From an uncultured Prevotella sp. (GTDB lineage Bacteria > Bacteroidota > Bacteroidia > Bacteroidales > Bacteroidaceae), in the NCBI GenBank assembly GCA_900541575.1, contig UQKO01000005.1, positions 5,828-69,827 on the forward strand: DNA of 64,000 nt, written 5' to 3'. The notes under the pieces were generated by a model. That model had not been told where the DNA came from and did not search any database. It worked only from the letters and a program-made list of their open reading frames with translations. Position 1 is the first letter of the stretch; every line of letters starts with the position of its first letter. The position numbers and the translations under genes were made by a program. This document shows, one piece after another, positions 10,200 to 20,309 of this stretch.

Positions 10200-12251
10200 A
10201 TGAAACGATTACTAACCCTACTCCTACTTTTCACCACGCTCACGCTCACCACATGGGCAGACAAGGAAATCAAGCGCCCCAGCACTTACAACTTCAATCG
10301 AGGCGCAGAGCTCTACTTCGACGACAAAAACGATGAAGCACTCGAGTATTTCAACAAGGAACTCGCTGACAACCCGAAGAATGGATATGCCTACATGTAC
10401 GTGGCAGACATTCAGCGACAGGCAGACGAGCCTGGCGCTGCACTCAATGCGGCCAACTCGGCCGTGAAGTACATGCCTAAAAAAGACGCACTCATGCTCT
10501 CTGCCGTATACAGCATCCGAGCACAGGTGCAATGCATGCTCAAAGACACGACCGCTGCCCTCGCCGACTACGCCCTTGCCATCAAGACGAAGCCCGATGA
10601 GACGAATATCATGCAACAACGTGCCCAACTGCTCTACGAACTTGAACGCTACGACGAGGCTACAGCTGACTTTCAGCGCATTATCAACCTTGAGCCAGGC
10701 AACTCTCTGGGATATATCGGCATAGGCCGCAATCTCAACGCACAGGAGAAATGGAAAGAATCCATCGACATTCTCACCAAAGCCACCACACTCGAAAGCA
10801 CCAATTCTTTCCCCTATGCCTTCCGTGCCGAAGCCTATCTCGGACTCAAGGAATGGAATAAAGCCACAGAGGACATTGCCGATGCACTCTACATCGATAG
10901 CAACAACAAGGCTTTCATCCTCATGCAGGATCTCAAAGAGCCAGCTCTCTCATTGATGATCGCCAAACTCAAGATTCGCGGCAATAAGGAGCCCAACGAA
11001 GAGAAATGGCCTTATTATATAGGAGTGATATACGAAAACAACAAACTATATACCAAGGCCATCCCCTACTACGAGAAAGCGCAACAGATCGATGCCGATT
11101 CATACAACCTAGCTCGTCTCAGCAATTGCTACAGCGAATTAGGAAACTACTCACGAGCACTCGACCTTCTTGATCAAGCCATGGAAATGGATTCCACACA
11201 GAACGGCTACATCGCCTCGCGTGCAGAACTTCTCTACGATCTGCAACGTCCCAAGGAAGCCATCGAACTCTACGGCGACTTCATCAACCAATATCCTGAC
11301 TACCCTGGAGGCTACAGCCGGCGTGGATGGTTTAAGAGTATCATTCGTGACTACGAGGGAGCCATCGAAGACTTAACGCTTAGCATTGCCGCCGATCCCG
11401 AATATTCCTCACAAGTCTATGTCATCCGTGGCAACTGCTATCTAGCTCTAGGCGATCTCGACCGCGCTCGTGCTGACTACAAGAAGGCCATCGAAATGGA
11501 GCCTACTCCCGACACCTACTCGTGCTCACAATATGCTTACCTCGGACTGGGCAATATCGAGAAAGCTATCGAAGTGAACGACACCATACTTAAACGCGAC
11601 GACAACGCAGGAGCTTACTACGATGCAGCATGCCTCTACTCTCGCATGTGCAATCACGACAAAGCTATGGAATACTTGAAGCGTTCACTCGAAATGGGTT
11701 ACGTCAACTTTGCCCACATTGCCCAAGACACCGATATGGACTACCTACGTCAGTCGGCCGACTTCAAGCAACTCATCCATATTTACCGCCAAAAGGTAGA
11801 ACAAAGCAACGAAGCCTCACAGCCCACCGTGACCACTCACTCTACAGGTCGTGAAGTAGTGACAGAAGTGCCTTTCACCAAGGAGAACGGCGTGACGAAC
11901 ATCAAGTGTACCATCAACAACTTGCCGCTCTACTTCGTGTTCGACACGGGAGCATCCACCGTTTCGCTTTCCATGGTGGAAGCCAACTTTATGATGAAGA
12001 ACGGCTATTTAAGCAAAACCGACGTGGTGGGCAGTCAGCGCTTCATGGATGCCAACGGCAACGTGAGCGAAGGCACCATCATCAACCTGCGCCACGTAGA
12101 CTTCGGCGGATTGAAACTGGAAAATGTACGCGCTTCCGTTGTTCGCAATCAGCACGCACCGCTCCTCCTCGGCCAGTCAATCCTCAGCCGCTTGGGCCGC
12201 ATCGAAATCAATAATCTGCGCAACGTGCTCACCATCACGAGCAAACAATAA
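10200..12251 (+). CDS. TPR-repeat protein with C-terminal clan AA (retropepsin-like) aspartic protease
   Basis: Signal peptide, many TPRs, FVFDTGAS catalytic motif and LLGQS motif. Confidence 0.9.
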   Translation: MKRLLTLLLLFTTLTLTTWADKEIKRPSTYNFNRGAELYFDDKNDEALEYFNKELADNPKNGYAYMYVADIQRQADEPGAALNAANSAVKYMPKKDALMLSAVYSIRAQVQCMLKDTTAALADYALAIKTKPDETNIMQQRAQLLYELERYDEATADFQRIINLEPGNSLGYIGIGRNLNAQEKWKESIDILTKATTLESTNSFPYAFRAEAYLGLKEWNKATEDIADALYIDSNNKAFILMQDLKEPALSLMIAKLKIRGNKEPNEEKWPYYIGVIYENNKLYTKAIPYYEKAQQIDADSYNLARLSNCYSELGNYSRALDLLDQAMEMDSTQNGYIASRAELLYDLQRPKEAIELYGDFINQYPDYPGGYSRRGWFKSIIRDYEGAIEDLTLSIAADPEYSSQVYVIRGNCYLALGDLDRARADYKKAIEMEPTPDTYSCSQYAYLGLGNIEKAIEVNDTILKRDDNAGAYYDAACLYSRMCNHDKAMEYLKRSLEMGYVNFAHIAQDTDMDYLRQSADFKQLIHIYRQKVEQSNEASQPTVTTHSTGREVVTEVPFTKENGVTNIKCTINNLPLYFVFDTGASTVSLSMVEANFMMKNGYLSKTDVVGSQRFMDANGNVSEGTIINLRHVDFGGLKLENVRASVVRNQHAPLLLGQSILSRLGRIEINNLRNVLTITSKQ

Positions 12252-12275
12252 CTACTTATCGCATATACACCTACA

Positions 12276-12321
12276 ATCAGAGGACGCTTCTCTTATACAG
12301 GAGCGTCCTCTGATGCATTTT
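12276..12321 (+). terminator. Intrinsic terminator
   Basis: ATCAGAGGACGCT...AGCGTCCTCTGAT stem followed by GCATTTT. Confidence 0.75.
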
Positions 12322-12372
12322 ACAAAGTAAGCTACCCCATTTGGGCGATACAATATACCGACTTTTAGGTAT

Positions 12373-12402
12373 TTTGAGAAAGGCACTTGATACTTAATTT
12401 TG
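12373..12402 (+). promoter_or_regulatory. Bacteroidota sigma-A promoter of the TonB locus
   Basis: TTTG-N18-TAATTTTG matches the -33/-7 consensus. Confidence 0.6.
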
Positions 12403-12496
12403 CAAAAAAATTATTCATTAATATCAGCGACAATTGAAAAGGATAAAGTTGATATGGAAAAAAGAAAAGATACGACAGAGAATAGCACAAAAATAT

Positions 12497-15325
12497 ATGG
12501 AATTTAATTTCAGAACAATAACCACATCGTTCGTTATAATTCTCGCCACGTCAGCCAACGCGCAGACACGGACATACAAGGTGTCGGGAACGGTGAAGGA
12601 CAACAACGGCAAGGTCGTGGAACTTGCTACCGTGAACCTAAACAACGACCTCGTAACCAGCACAGTGGCGGGCGGACGCTTCGTGCTCAACAACGTACCC
12701 AAGGGCACCTACACCTACAAGGTGACGTTTGTGGGCTACCAAACGGTCACAGGCACCCTTACCGTTAATACCAATTGCACCATGAACGTTACACTCAACG
12801 AGCTGGGTCTGCAACTCAGCGACGTGGTAGTGACGGCCAAACAGGTGCAGATGGGGTCGAAGTCGGTTGTTGGCGAGGACGCCATACGCCACATCCAACC
12901 TAAGAGTGTGAGCGACATTCTTCAGCTTGTGCCAGGCAACTTGACAGAGAACCCTAACCTCAACAAGTTGTCACAGGCCCATATACGCGAGATTGACGAT
13001 GATAACAAGAACAACGCCCTCGGCACGGGAGTGGTGGTTGACGGCACGCCCTTAAGCAACAACGCCAACCTTCAGGCTCTCTCCCCCACACGCTACGGCT
13101 CAAACTCGGGTGCACAGGCCGACGGTATGAACGATCAAACGACCGCAGGACAAGGTGCCGACCTGCGCACAGTGAGCGCTGGCAACATTGAGTCGGTGCA
13201 AGTAGTGCGCGGTATTCCTGGAGTAGAGTACGGTAACCTCACATCGGGTTTGGTAGTAGTGAAGACCAAGTCGGGGCGCACACCGTGGGAGGTTAAGGTG
13301 CAAGCTGACCCATTTTCTAAACTAGTGTTTGCAGGCAAGGGCTTCGCGCTAAAGGGCGGTGGAGCCATTAACTTCAGCGTAGACTGGTCACAGTCGTGGG
13401 GCGACACGCGCCGCCACTATCTCGGCTACGACCGCATCACAGCAACGACAGGTTACAGCAACCGCTGGGACGGATTGTCGTTCAACCTCAAAGGCTCGTT
13501 CTACTCTAACATTAACAACCGCAAGCAAGATGCCCAATATAAAGAGCAAGATTTGCACTATAAGAACAAAAACATAGGCGCGCGCCTATCAGCCAACGGT
13601 AGCTGGAGCTCGAGTGAGAGTTTTATTACACGCGTTGACTATAACCTGTCAGCTCAGGTGTCGAAGAGTAGCGATGAGCACTATGACCTCATTTCCAACC
13701 CCGATGGCGTAATTACCGATGTGCGCGAGGCTGGCATCCATGAAGCCATGTTCAAGAACAAGAGCTACCACTCTGAGTACCGCATCGCAGGTCTTCCTAT
13801 CAATGTCTACGCGCAGCTTGTGGCCAATAAGTATGTAAGTATTGGTAGCAACAACCACACCACGTTCAAGTTCGGAGCCGAATACACCTACGATGCCAAC
13901 AAGGGCGACGGACTGACCTTCGACATGGCCAACCCTCCACAAGCCATGGGAGCGCAAACATTGCGTCCGCGTGCTTTCAAGGACATTCCTGCACTGCACA
14001 CCCTCTCAGCCTTCTTCAGCGACAAGCTGTCACTGGCTCTCGGCACCACACGCACCGATGTTGAGGCAGGAGTGCGCGTGAGCAACCTCTTCCTCAACGC
14101 CAACAAGAGCGGTGGCAACAGTGGCATGTTTGTGGCCGAACCGCGTGTGAACGCTTCAATTAACTTGCTCAACAAGCACAATAACAGTTTATTCGATGAC
14201 TTATCGATAACAGGTGGCTTCGGTCTGAGCAACAAGATGCCCACGCTACTCTACCTCTATCCCGACAACGTTTATTACGACAACGTGAGCCTTGCCAAGT
14301 ACGGTGATGCGGCAAAAGACCGTTTGGCCTTAGTATCTACCGATGTAATTAACAACACTACGAACCCTGACCTACGTCCTGCCCACTCACGCAAGTGGGA
14401 GGTTGGCCTGTCGTTTCGTCTTGGGCAGGTGAGCGGTTTCGTAACCTACTTCAACGAACGCCACACCTATGAGTTCGGATTTTCGTCACAGCTATACTGG
14501 GCCAACTACACAAAATACAACGTTCCAGCCACGGCAACCGACCCTGTATATAACGCTGCTACCGGCGATGTGTCCTACATCTATAATAACGTGAAGGCCA
14601 CGGCTACAAAAACCTCTGTGACCGATATGTACACATGGGGCTGCCCCTCTAACAACTCGCGCTCACTGAAGCACGGCATTGAGTACGGTCTCGACCTCGG
14701 TACGTTCAAGCCACTGCGCACCTCGTTAAACATAAACGGCGCATGGTTTCATGTGTCGCGCACCGAAGAGCAGACATCGCTCAACTACATCAACCGCAAC
14801 TACGACTATGTGGCCGTAATGCCGTCGGGCTACGGCACGGTGAAAGACCGCGTAAACACCACGTTCCGCTTCATCACCCATATTCCTGCTGTGAGGATTA
14901 TTTTTACCACATCGGTACAGGTTGTTTGGTACGATAGCGAGCGTATGGTCTACAATGACAACGCGGGCAAGGAGCGCACACGCACCGTCAACTATCAGGG
15001 CCGCGACTATTTGGCCGTTGACCCAATAGGCTATTACGACCGCAAGGGTCAATACACCCAATGGCAACCGCAAATGGCCAATGACGCTACACTCGGGCTG
15101 ATGCTTCAACGCTACCAGACCTATGCCTTTGAGAAGGATGTGGTGAAACCGTGGGCATTGCTCAACTTCCGCTTCACGAAAGAGATAGGGAAAATAGCCG
15201 AGCTGTCATTCACGGCCAACAATTTCACTAACACGCGCAAGTGGCACACCAACAAGCACACCCTTGCCAAACGTCAGCTCTATCCTGGCATGTATTTCGG
15301 TGCGGAACTAAAGATTAAGCTTTGA
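12497..15325 (+). CDS. TonB-dependent outer-membrane receptor
   Basis: N-terminal carboxypeptidase-regulatory-like domain, LSDVVVTA, plug motif IESVQVVRGIPGVEYG, NPDLRP, barrel C-terminus YFGAELKIKL; no SusD partner; start uncertain (12434-12497). Confidence 0.92.
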   Translation: MEFNFRTITTSFVIILATSANAQTRTYKVSGTVKDNNGKVVELATVNLNNDLVTSTVAGGRFVLNNVPKGTYTYKVTFVGYQTVTGTLTVNTNCTMNVTLNELGLQLSDVVVTAKQVQMGSKSVVGEDAIRHIQPKSVSDILQLVPGNLTENPNLNKLSQAHIREIDDDNKNNALGTGVVVDGTPLSNNANLQALSPTRYGSNSGAQADGMNDQTTAGQGADLRTVSAGNIESVQVVRGIPGVEYGNLTSGLVVVKTKSGRTPWEVKVQADPFSKLVFAGKGFALKGGGAINFSVDWSQSWGDTRRHYLGYDRITATTGYSNRWDGLSFNLKGSFYSNINNRKQDAQYKEQDLHYKNKNIGARLSANGSWSSSESFITRVDYNLSAQVSKSSDEHYDLISNPDGVITDVREAGIHEAMFKNKSYHSEYRIAGLPINVYAQLVANKYVSIGSNNHTTFKFGAEYTYDANKGDGLTFDMANPPQAMGAQTLRPRAFKDIPALHTLSAFFSDKLSLALGTTRTDVEAGVRVSNLFLNANKSGGNSGMFVAEPRVNASINLLNKHNNSLFDDLSITGGFGLSNKMPTLLYLYPDNVYYDNVSLAKYGDAAKDRLALVSTDVINNTTNPDLRPAHSRKWEVGLSFRLGQVSGFVTYFNERHTYEFGFSSQLYWANYTKYNVPATATDPVYNAATGDVSYIYNNVKATATKTSVTDMYTWGCPSNNSRSLKHGIEYGLDLGTFKPLRTSLNINGAWFHVSRTEEQTSLNYINRNYDYVAVMPSGYGTVKDRVNTTFRFITHIPAVRIIFTTSVQVVWYDSERMVYNDNAGKERTRTVNYQGRDYLAVDPIGYYDRKGQYTQWQPQMANDATLGLMLQRYQTYAFEKDVVKPWALLNFRFTKEIGKIAELSFTANNFTNTRKWHTNKHTLAKRQLYPGMYFGAELKIKL

Positions 15326-15409
15326 TTTTTAAGCTATTTACGTTTCGCCATAATATAGAATTAAATAATAAGGATTCAATAATTACTATTTTAAAATATC
15401 ATTTTGATT

Positions 15410-16609
15410 ATGAGAAAAACATTTCTAAAGACCCTTGGGGCACTGCTTGCCTTTGTAGCCATGGTGCCATTTGTATCATGTTCTGAAAATGATGAGCCTG
15501 GAGTGAAATCATATGAGGTAACCGTGAACCTCACTTTCCCAGAGGGTGTAGATGCCGCATCGGTACAAGACCTGAAGTTAGTAACAACCAAAGGCACCGT
15601 GAGCGACACCATCAGCCTGAACACTACCACTGCCGAGAAAATTACGCTGGCGCAAGGACAGTACACATTCTCTGTGAGTGGCAAGATTAAAGACGATGCA
15701 ACTGCTCATGTAGTAGCCACAGGTAGCGCAGACGTTTATGCCAATCAGGCCGTGACACTGGCCCTTCAAACCATATACCAATCACCGCTTGTATTCAAGG
15801 CTCTTTACACCACTGGTGGAGTTGCTGGTTATGTGAAAGACTCTTATTTTGAGATTGTCAACAACTCTGACGATGTGCAGTACCTTGACGGAATCATTTT
15901 GTCGGCTCCTACAGGCAACCAAACAAAGGCAAACGCATGGCAGGCAACAGGCATCACCGATCGTTATGAGTGTGGACAGGGCACAGTGGTAGCCTTCCCT
16001 GGCGTGAGTGGTGGCAAGGAATATCCTTTGCAGCCTGGCGAGAGTGTGGTAGTGGCCAATGATGCTGCCAACCACAACAAGCTTGCTAAGGCAGGAAACA
16101 ACTGCCCTGACCTATCGAAAGCCGACTGGGAGATTCAGATTACCAATTCAGGCGATCCCTCTTACATCGACCGCACGCTATCTGTTATTTTCCAGAGCAA
16201 TCAATACATGAAAGCTTTCGGTCTTGGCTTCTTCGGACGTGCTTACATTTTGGCCAAATTGCCCGATGGCATGAGTCCCGAGTCTTATGCCGCTGATGCC
16301 AACAATTTGATGACCACACCAGGTTCCACATCAACAATGCAGTATCTGATGATCCCAAGCAAATATGTGCTTGATGCTGTTGACATTTGGAATTCTAGCA
16401 ACGAGAACCATTATGCCACATTCCTTCCAAAGGACGATGCACAGGGTGTGCTCGCCTCAACCGCATGGGCGGGCAAATGTGTGAGAAGAAAAGTTACGAA
16501 GATTGTAAACGGACGCGCCTACTATCAGGACACCAACAACTCGTCAAACGATTTTCTCAACAACCAGCCCCTTACTCCAAGCGTAAAGCCCACAGAAGTA
16601 GACAAGTAA
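15410..16609 (+). CDS. DUF4876-like surface lipoprotein
   Basis: Lipobox FVSC; KDSYFEIVNNSDDVQYLDG, YPLQPGES, PDLSKADWE and YQDTNNSSNDF motifs. Confidence 0.8.
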   Translation: MRKTFLKTLGALLAFVAMVPFVSCSENDEPGVKSYEVTVNLTFPEGVDAASVQDLKLVTTKGTVSDTISLNTTTAEKITLAQGQYTFSVSGKIKDDATAHVVATGSADVYANQAVTLALQTIYQSPLVFKALYTTGGVAGYVKDSYFEIVNNSDDVQYLDGIILSAPTGNQTKANAWQATGITDRYECGQGTVVAFPGVSGGKEYPLQPGESVVVANDAANHNKLAKAGNNCPDLSKADWEIQITNSGDPSYIDRTLSVIFQSNQYMKAFGLGFFGRAYILAKLPDGMSPESYAADANNLMTTPGSTSTMQYLMIPSKYVLDAVDIWNSSNENHYATFLPKDDAQGVLASTAWAGKCVRRKVTKIVNGRAYYQDTNNSSNDFLNNQPLTPSVKPTEVDK

Positions 16610-16634
16610 TTTAGTTCGTAGAAAAGTGGTTTGA

Positions 16635-16668
16635 TTGGCGGGTTCTTACATTAGAAAGGACCCGCCAA
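16635..16668 (+). other. Intra-operon stem-loop (attenuator or stability hairpin)
   Basis: TTGGCGGGT...ACCCGCCAA. Confidence 0.6.
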
Positions 16669-16703
16669 CTTATCAACTCATCAACTCGTCAAGTTTATAA
16701 CAA

Positions 16704-18305
16704 ATGAATAGATACTTGCTGTTATGCCTTGGCACGGCCCTCGCGGCACAACAGGCCAAGGCTCAAACCGAGTTTGCCAATGCCGCTAATTTGTGGCATG
16801 ATGGTGCTGTGAACGAGCTTTATAACATCCGTTATCATAGCTTCAACCCCACGCGCCTTGCCTACAACAGCCAGCAGACCAGAGGCGAGGCTCTCGTGTT
16901 CTACGACCTCACGCGCGGCGATTTCAACAACGTAGGCACACCAAACAATGTAAACAACCTTAACGTGCAGCTCGGCGGACTGAAACACTTTGAGCGTGTT
17001 GACGTGTCGGGCTTTCTACACTACAAAAACACGAGCTATAAAAATCAGGAATGGAACTCAACACTTTTTCTCAACCCGAACAACCCATTTGTGCTCGCCG
17101 ACTCGGTGACCAGCGATGGCAACATTGAAACCTACGCCATGGGCGCAGCACTCTCTTACCGTTTCAACCCTAAGATAAAAGGTGGTATGGGAGCCGGACT
17201 GACTGTAGGAAGCCTCAGTGACCAGACCGACCCACGCCCCAAAACCAACACGTCGCGTTTCAACATCACGGCAGGTGCCGACGCCATGCTCACCACGGCG
17301 TGGACACTTGGGCTGGCGGCACGCATTGAGCTGTTCAGCAGCAACCTGTCCTACACTATTGTCAATCCGCTCATCAACCATCGCTATTTTCTCATGAAGG
17401 GTATGGGCGACTACTTCCGCCGTTCCAGCGGCGAGGACGCTAGCTACCAACGCGACTACAAAGGCAGCACCTTCACGGGTGAACTGTCGGCCACATTCAA
17501 GCCTTCTGGCTCGCCTTTTCAAAATGTAGTGATACTGTCGGCATCTGCTGGCAACGAGAAAGCAACTGATGGTGGGTCGTCTTACACATTCAAGGGTGGC
17601 GACTACCATTTTACCCATCTCGCCCTCAAAGACCGCTTCATGTTCTCCAACAACGAGCATGTGCTGCACAATATAATTGTAGGTGCAGAAATGGGCAGTG
17701 GAAACTCTGACTGGTACGATCAGAAGAAGCTAACCGACACTGAGCATGGCAATATTTCTTATTATGAGGTGCTGAGCAAGACGCGCATCCAGAAACAGCA
17801 AGACATGGTCGTAACTGCCGAGTATCGCTTCGACCGCATCGCTGACAAACAGCCCAACTTCTACGCCTCATTGCTCGCCACACTCGCCAACACCACCCTA
17901 AAGCACTACAACGACAACGGACTGCAGAAGCAACAGTGGACCAACCTCTCGTTCAACCTCACTGTTGGTAAGCACTTCACCCTTGGCAAAGGTCAGTTCA
18001 ACGCACAGCTCAATGCAGGATACGTCATGCCGGTAAAAGACCGTCAGTTTGCCACGGGCACGAACGTCTCGGGCAGCGACGACATTACTGCAGTGTATGC
18101 AACGCGCCAGTTTGAGTGGGCCTCGGCCAAGCGGGTTTGCCTCGGCGGGTTTGCCGACTACAATTTTCCTGTGGCCAAAGCCGTGCGTCTCGGACTGTTC
18201 TGCAAGGTCTACTCTACGCTTTATGAGGATGACGCACAATACTTTGCCGACTTCAAGTCGACATCGCTCACACAGGGAGAGTTCGGTGTGTATGTTAACT
18301 TTTAA
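16704..18305 (+). CDS. Outer-membrane beta-barrel protein (DUF6850-like)
   Basis: Signal peptide, NPFVLADS and DPRP motifs, C-terminal GVYVNF; follows the DUF4876-like gene. Confidence 0.72.
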   Translation: MNRYLLLCLGTALAAQQAKAQTEFANAANLWHDGAVNELYNIRYHSFNPTRLAYNSQQTRGEALVFYDLTRGDFNNVGTPNNVNNLNVQLGGLKHFERVDVSGFLHYKNTSYKNQEWNSTLFLNPNNPFVLADSVTSDGNIETYAMGAALSYRFNPKIKGGMGAGLTVGSLSDQTDPRPKTNTSRFNITAGADAMLTTAWTLGLAARIELFSSNLSYTIVNPLINHRYFLMKGMGDYFRRSSGEDASYQRDYKGSTFTGELSATFKPSGSPFQNVVILSASAGNEKATDGGSSYTFKGGDYHFTHLALKDRFMFSNNEHVLHNIIVGAEMGSGNSDWYDQKKLTDTEHGNISYYEVLSKTRIQKQQDMVVTAEYRFDRIADKQPNFYASLLATLANTTLKHYNDNGLQKQQWTNLSFNLTVGKHFTLGKGQFNAQLNAGYVMPVKDRQFATGTNVSGSDDITAVYATRQFEWASAKRVCLGGFADYNFPVAKAVRLGLFCKVYSTLYEDDAQYFADFKSTSLTQGEFGVYVNF

Positions 18306-18360
18306 GGAGAGTGTTCATACACCTTCTACAAACAATTATTCATAACTTTTCATAACAACA

Positions 18361-20283
18361 ATGTCGGTTAAGAATTTATTTAAATCGTGTTGCCTTAGTT
18401 TGATTTTCTTGTTCACAGCCCTGTGCGCAGCCGCAAGAGATGGCGTGGCGGTGGTGGTTGATGTCGTTAGCTACGGCAAGGCACGTGCCGAGCTTGACGG
18501 ATATGTGAAAGCACTTGAACAGAAGCAAGGCTACAAGGTATATGTCATTGTTGACCGTTGGCAGGTGCCCGACAGCATTCGCGCACGACTGATGGCGTTG
18601 CACACACAAAAACACGATGCCATCGTGGGTGCTGTGCTTGTGGGTGACATTCCTGTGCCTATGGTGCGCGACGCGCAGTATCTCACGTCGGCCTTCAAGA
18701 TGGACCAATCGCGCGATCGCCGCGAGTCGTCAGTGCCGAGCGACAGGTTCTATGACGATTTCAATTTGCGGTTCTGCCCTCTCGGAAAAGACGACACACT
18801 ACCATACTATTATTACTCGCTCTCTGCCGAAGGGGCGCAAAGGCTTTCGCCCGACATCTTCAGCGGACGCATACGCCCCACCGACGCCGGGGGCACTTCA
18901 CGCTACGACAAGTTACGTGCCTACCTACGCAAGGCCACGGCTGCCAAACTCAATCCAGAGCGTTTTAGCTCAGTATTCGTGTTCACGGGCGACGGTAGCA
19001 TATCTGAATCGAAGCCAGCCCACATCGACGAGTTTCGTGGACTGATGGAGCATTTTCCACAGCTGGCTGCCACGCCTAGAGCCTTTAGTTATATGGACTA
19101 TGACGATGCCACGCCCATACGTTTCAGCATGATGAATGAAATGATGCGCCCAGACCTTAGTTTGGCCATGCTACACCACCACGGCGACTGGGACACGCAG
19201 TATCTAAACATGCGCACTAACGATAACCTAACACTGAACGAGATAAACAAGTATAATTTCCGTCCAAACGCCCGTTGTGTGGTGTTTGATGCCTGTTTCA
19301 ACGGATCGTTTCACCGCGACGACTGCATTGCCAACGAATACATCTTTCGCGATGGAAAGACGGTGGCCACACTGGCCGGAAGTGTTAACATCATTCAGGA
19401 TAAGTGGTACGACCGCTACATCGGCTTGCTGGCTTGTGGCGTTAACATTGGTTACATAAACCAGCACACGGCCTACCTTGAGTCGCACGTCATCGGCGAC
19501 CCTACATTTGCCTTTCTGCCTACGCCGCCACGCAAAGGTTCTGCTGACCTTTTGTGTCGAGACATGCTTGAACACGCCTCGCGCTACTCAGACAAGGCAC
19601 TTCTACGTACGCTACGCACGTCGCCTTTGGCCACGGTGCGCCTACAGGCTTTCACCATGCTCACCGACCGCCGCTCAAACATTCTCGACGATGCCATTGC
19701 TACAGCCCTCGACGACAACTACGAGATGCTGCAACGGTTTGCCGTAAACGTGATGGCCAAGCGCGGCAGCGAGCGCCTGGTTCCAGCCTTTGCCCGGCTG
19801 CTCACGCGCACCAATTTGTCGAAGCGCGTAGCCTTTAATGCCGACCAAGCCATTCAGTTCTTTAACAAACAGCTGCTTGCCAAGGCGGTGGACAGTTGCC
19901 TGGCACAGATGAAAGGACAACTTGTGAAGGCCGACTCGTTCTGCACCGCGTTGCGCGGCCAGGTAGAAAAGATGGGGGCACGCTGGGACAGCGACATAAT
20001 GAGTTTACTCAACGACAGCCTTGATCACAAACATGCCTTGCGACAGGCTGGGTATATGCGCATCTACTGTCCAGCTTATCTTCTCCCAAAGGTGGCCGAT
20101 TACACCCTTCGCTGCACCGACAACGAGGTGCGCAAGGCTCTCCTCGACGTGATGGGATGGCACCGTTTGGCCTATACCTCTGATGTTTGCCTTGAAGTAG
20201 CACACAAGATAGCAGCCGACCAGTCGTTACCACAAGATGTAAGGGATGAGGCGAGACGATGCGCATTGCGCATTACGAATTAG
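18361..20283 (+). CDS. Peptidase C25 (gingipain-like, clan CD) domain plus HEAT repeats, paralogue 1
   Basis: GAVLVGDIP, SDRFYDD, SGRIRP, HHHG, FDACFNGSF and IGDP motifs; HEAT-like helical C-terminus. Confidence 0.75.
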   Translation: MSVKNLFKSCCLSLIFLFTALCAAARDGVAVVVDVVSYGKARAELDGYVKALEQKQGYKVYVIVDRWQVPDSIRARLMALHTQKHDAIVGAVLVGDIPVPMVRDAQYLTSAFKMDQSRDRRESSVPSDRFYDDFNLRFCPLGKDDTLPYYYYSLSAEGAQRLSPDIFSGRIRPTDAGGTSRYDKLRAYLRKATAAKLNPERFSSVFVFTGDGSISESKPAHIDEFRGLMEHFPQLAATPRAFSYMDYDDATPIRFSMMNEMMRPDLSLAMLHHHGDWDTQYLNMRTNDNLTLNEINKYNFRPNARCVVFDACFNGSFHRDDCIANEYIFRDGKTVATLAGSVNIIQDKWYDRYIGLLACGVNIGYINQHTAYLESHVIGDPTFAFLPTPPRKGSADLLCRDMLEHASRYSDKALLRTLRTSPLATVRLQAFTMLTDRRSNILDDAIATALDDNYEMLQRFAVNVMAKRGSERLVPAFARLLTRTNLSKRVAFNADQAIQFFNKQLLAKAVDSCLAQMKGQLVKADSFCTALRGQVEKMGARWDSDIMSLLNDSLDHKHALRQAGYMRIYCPAYLLPKVADYTLRCTDNEVRKALLDVMGWHRLAYTSDVCLEVAHKIAADQSLPQDVRDEARRCALRITN

Positions 20284-20309
20284 TTTTTTTGAAATTAAAT
20301 TATTGATTT

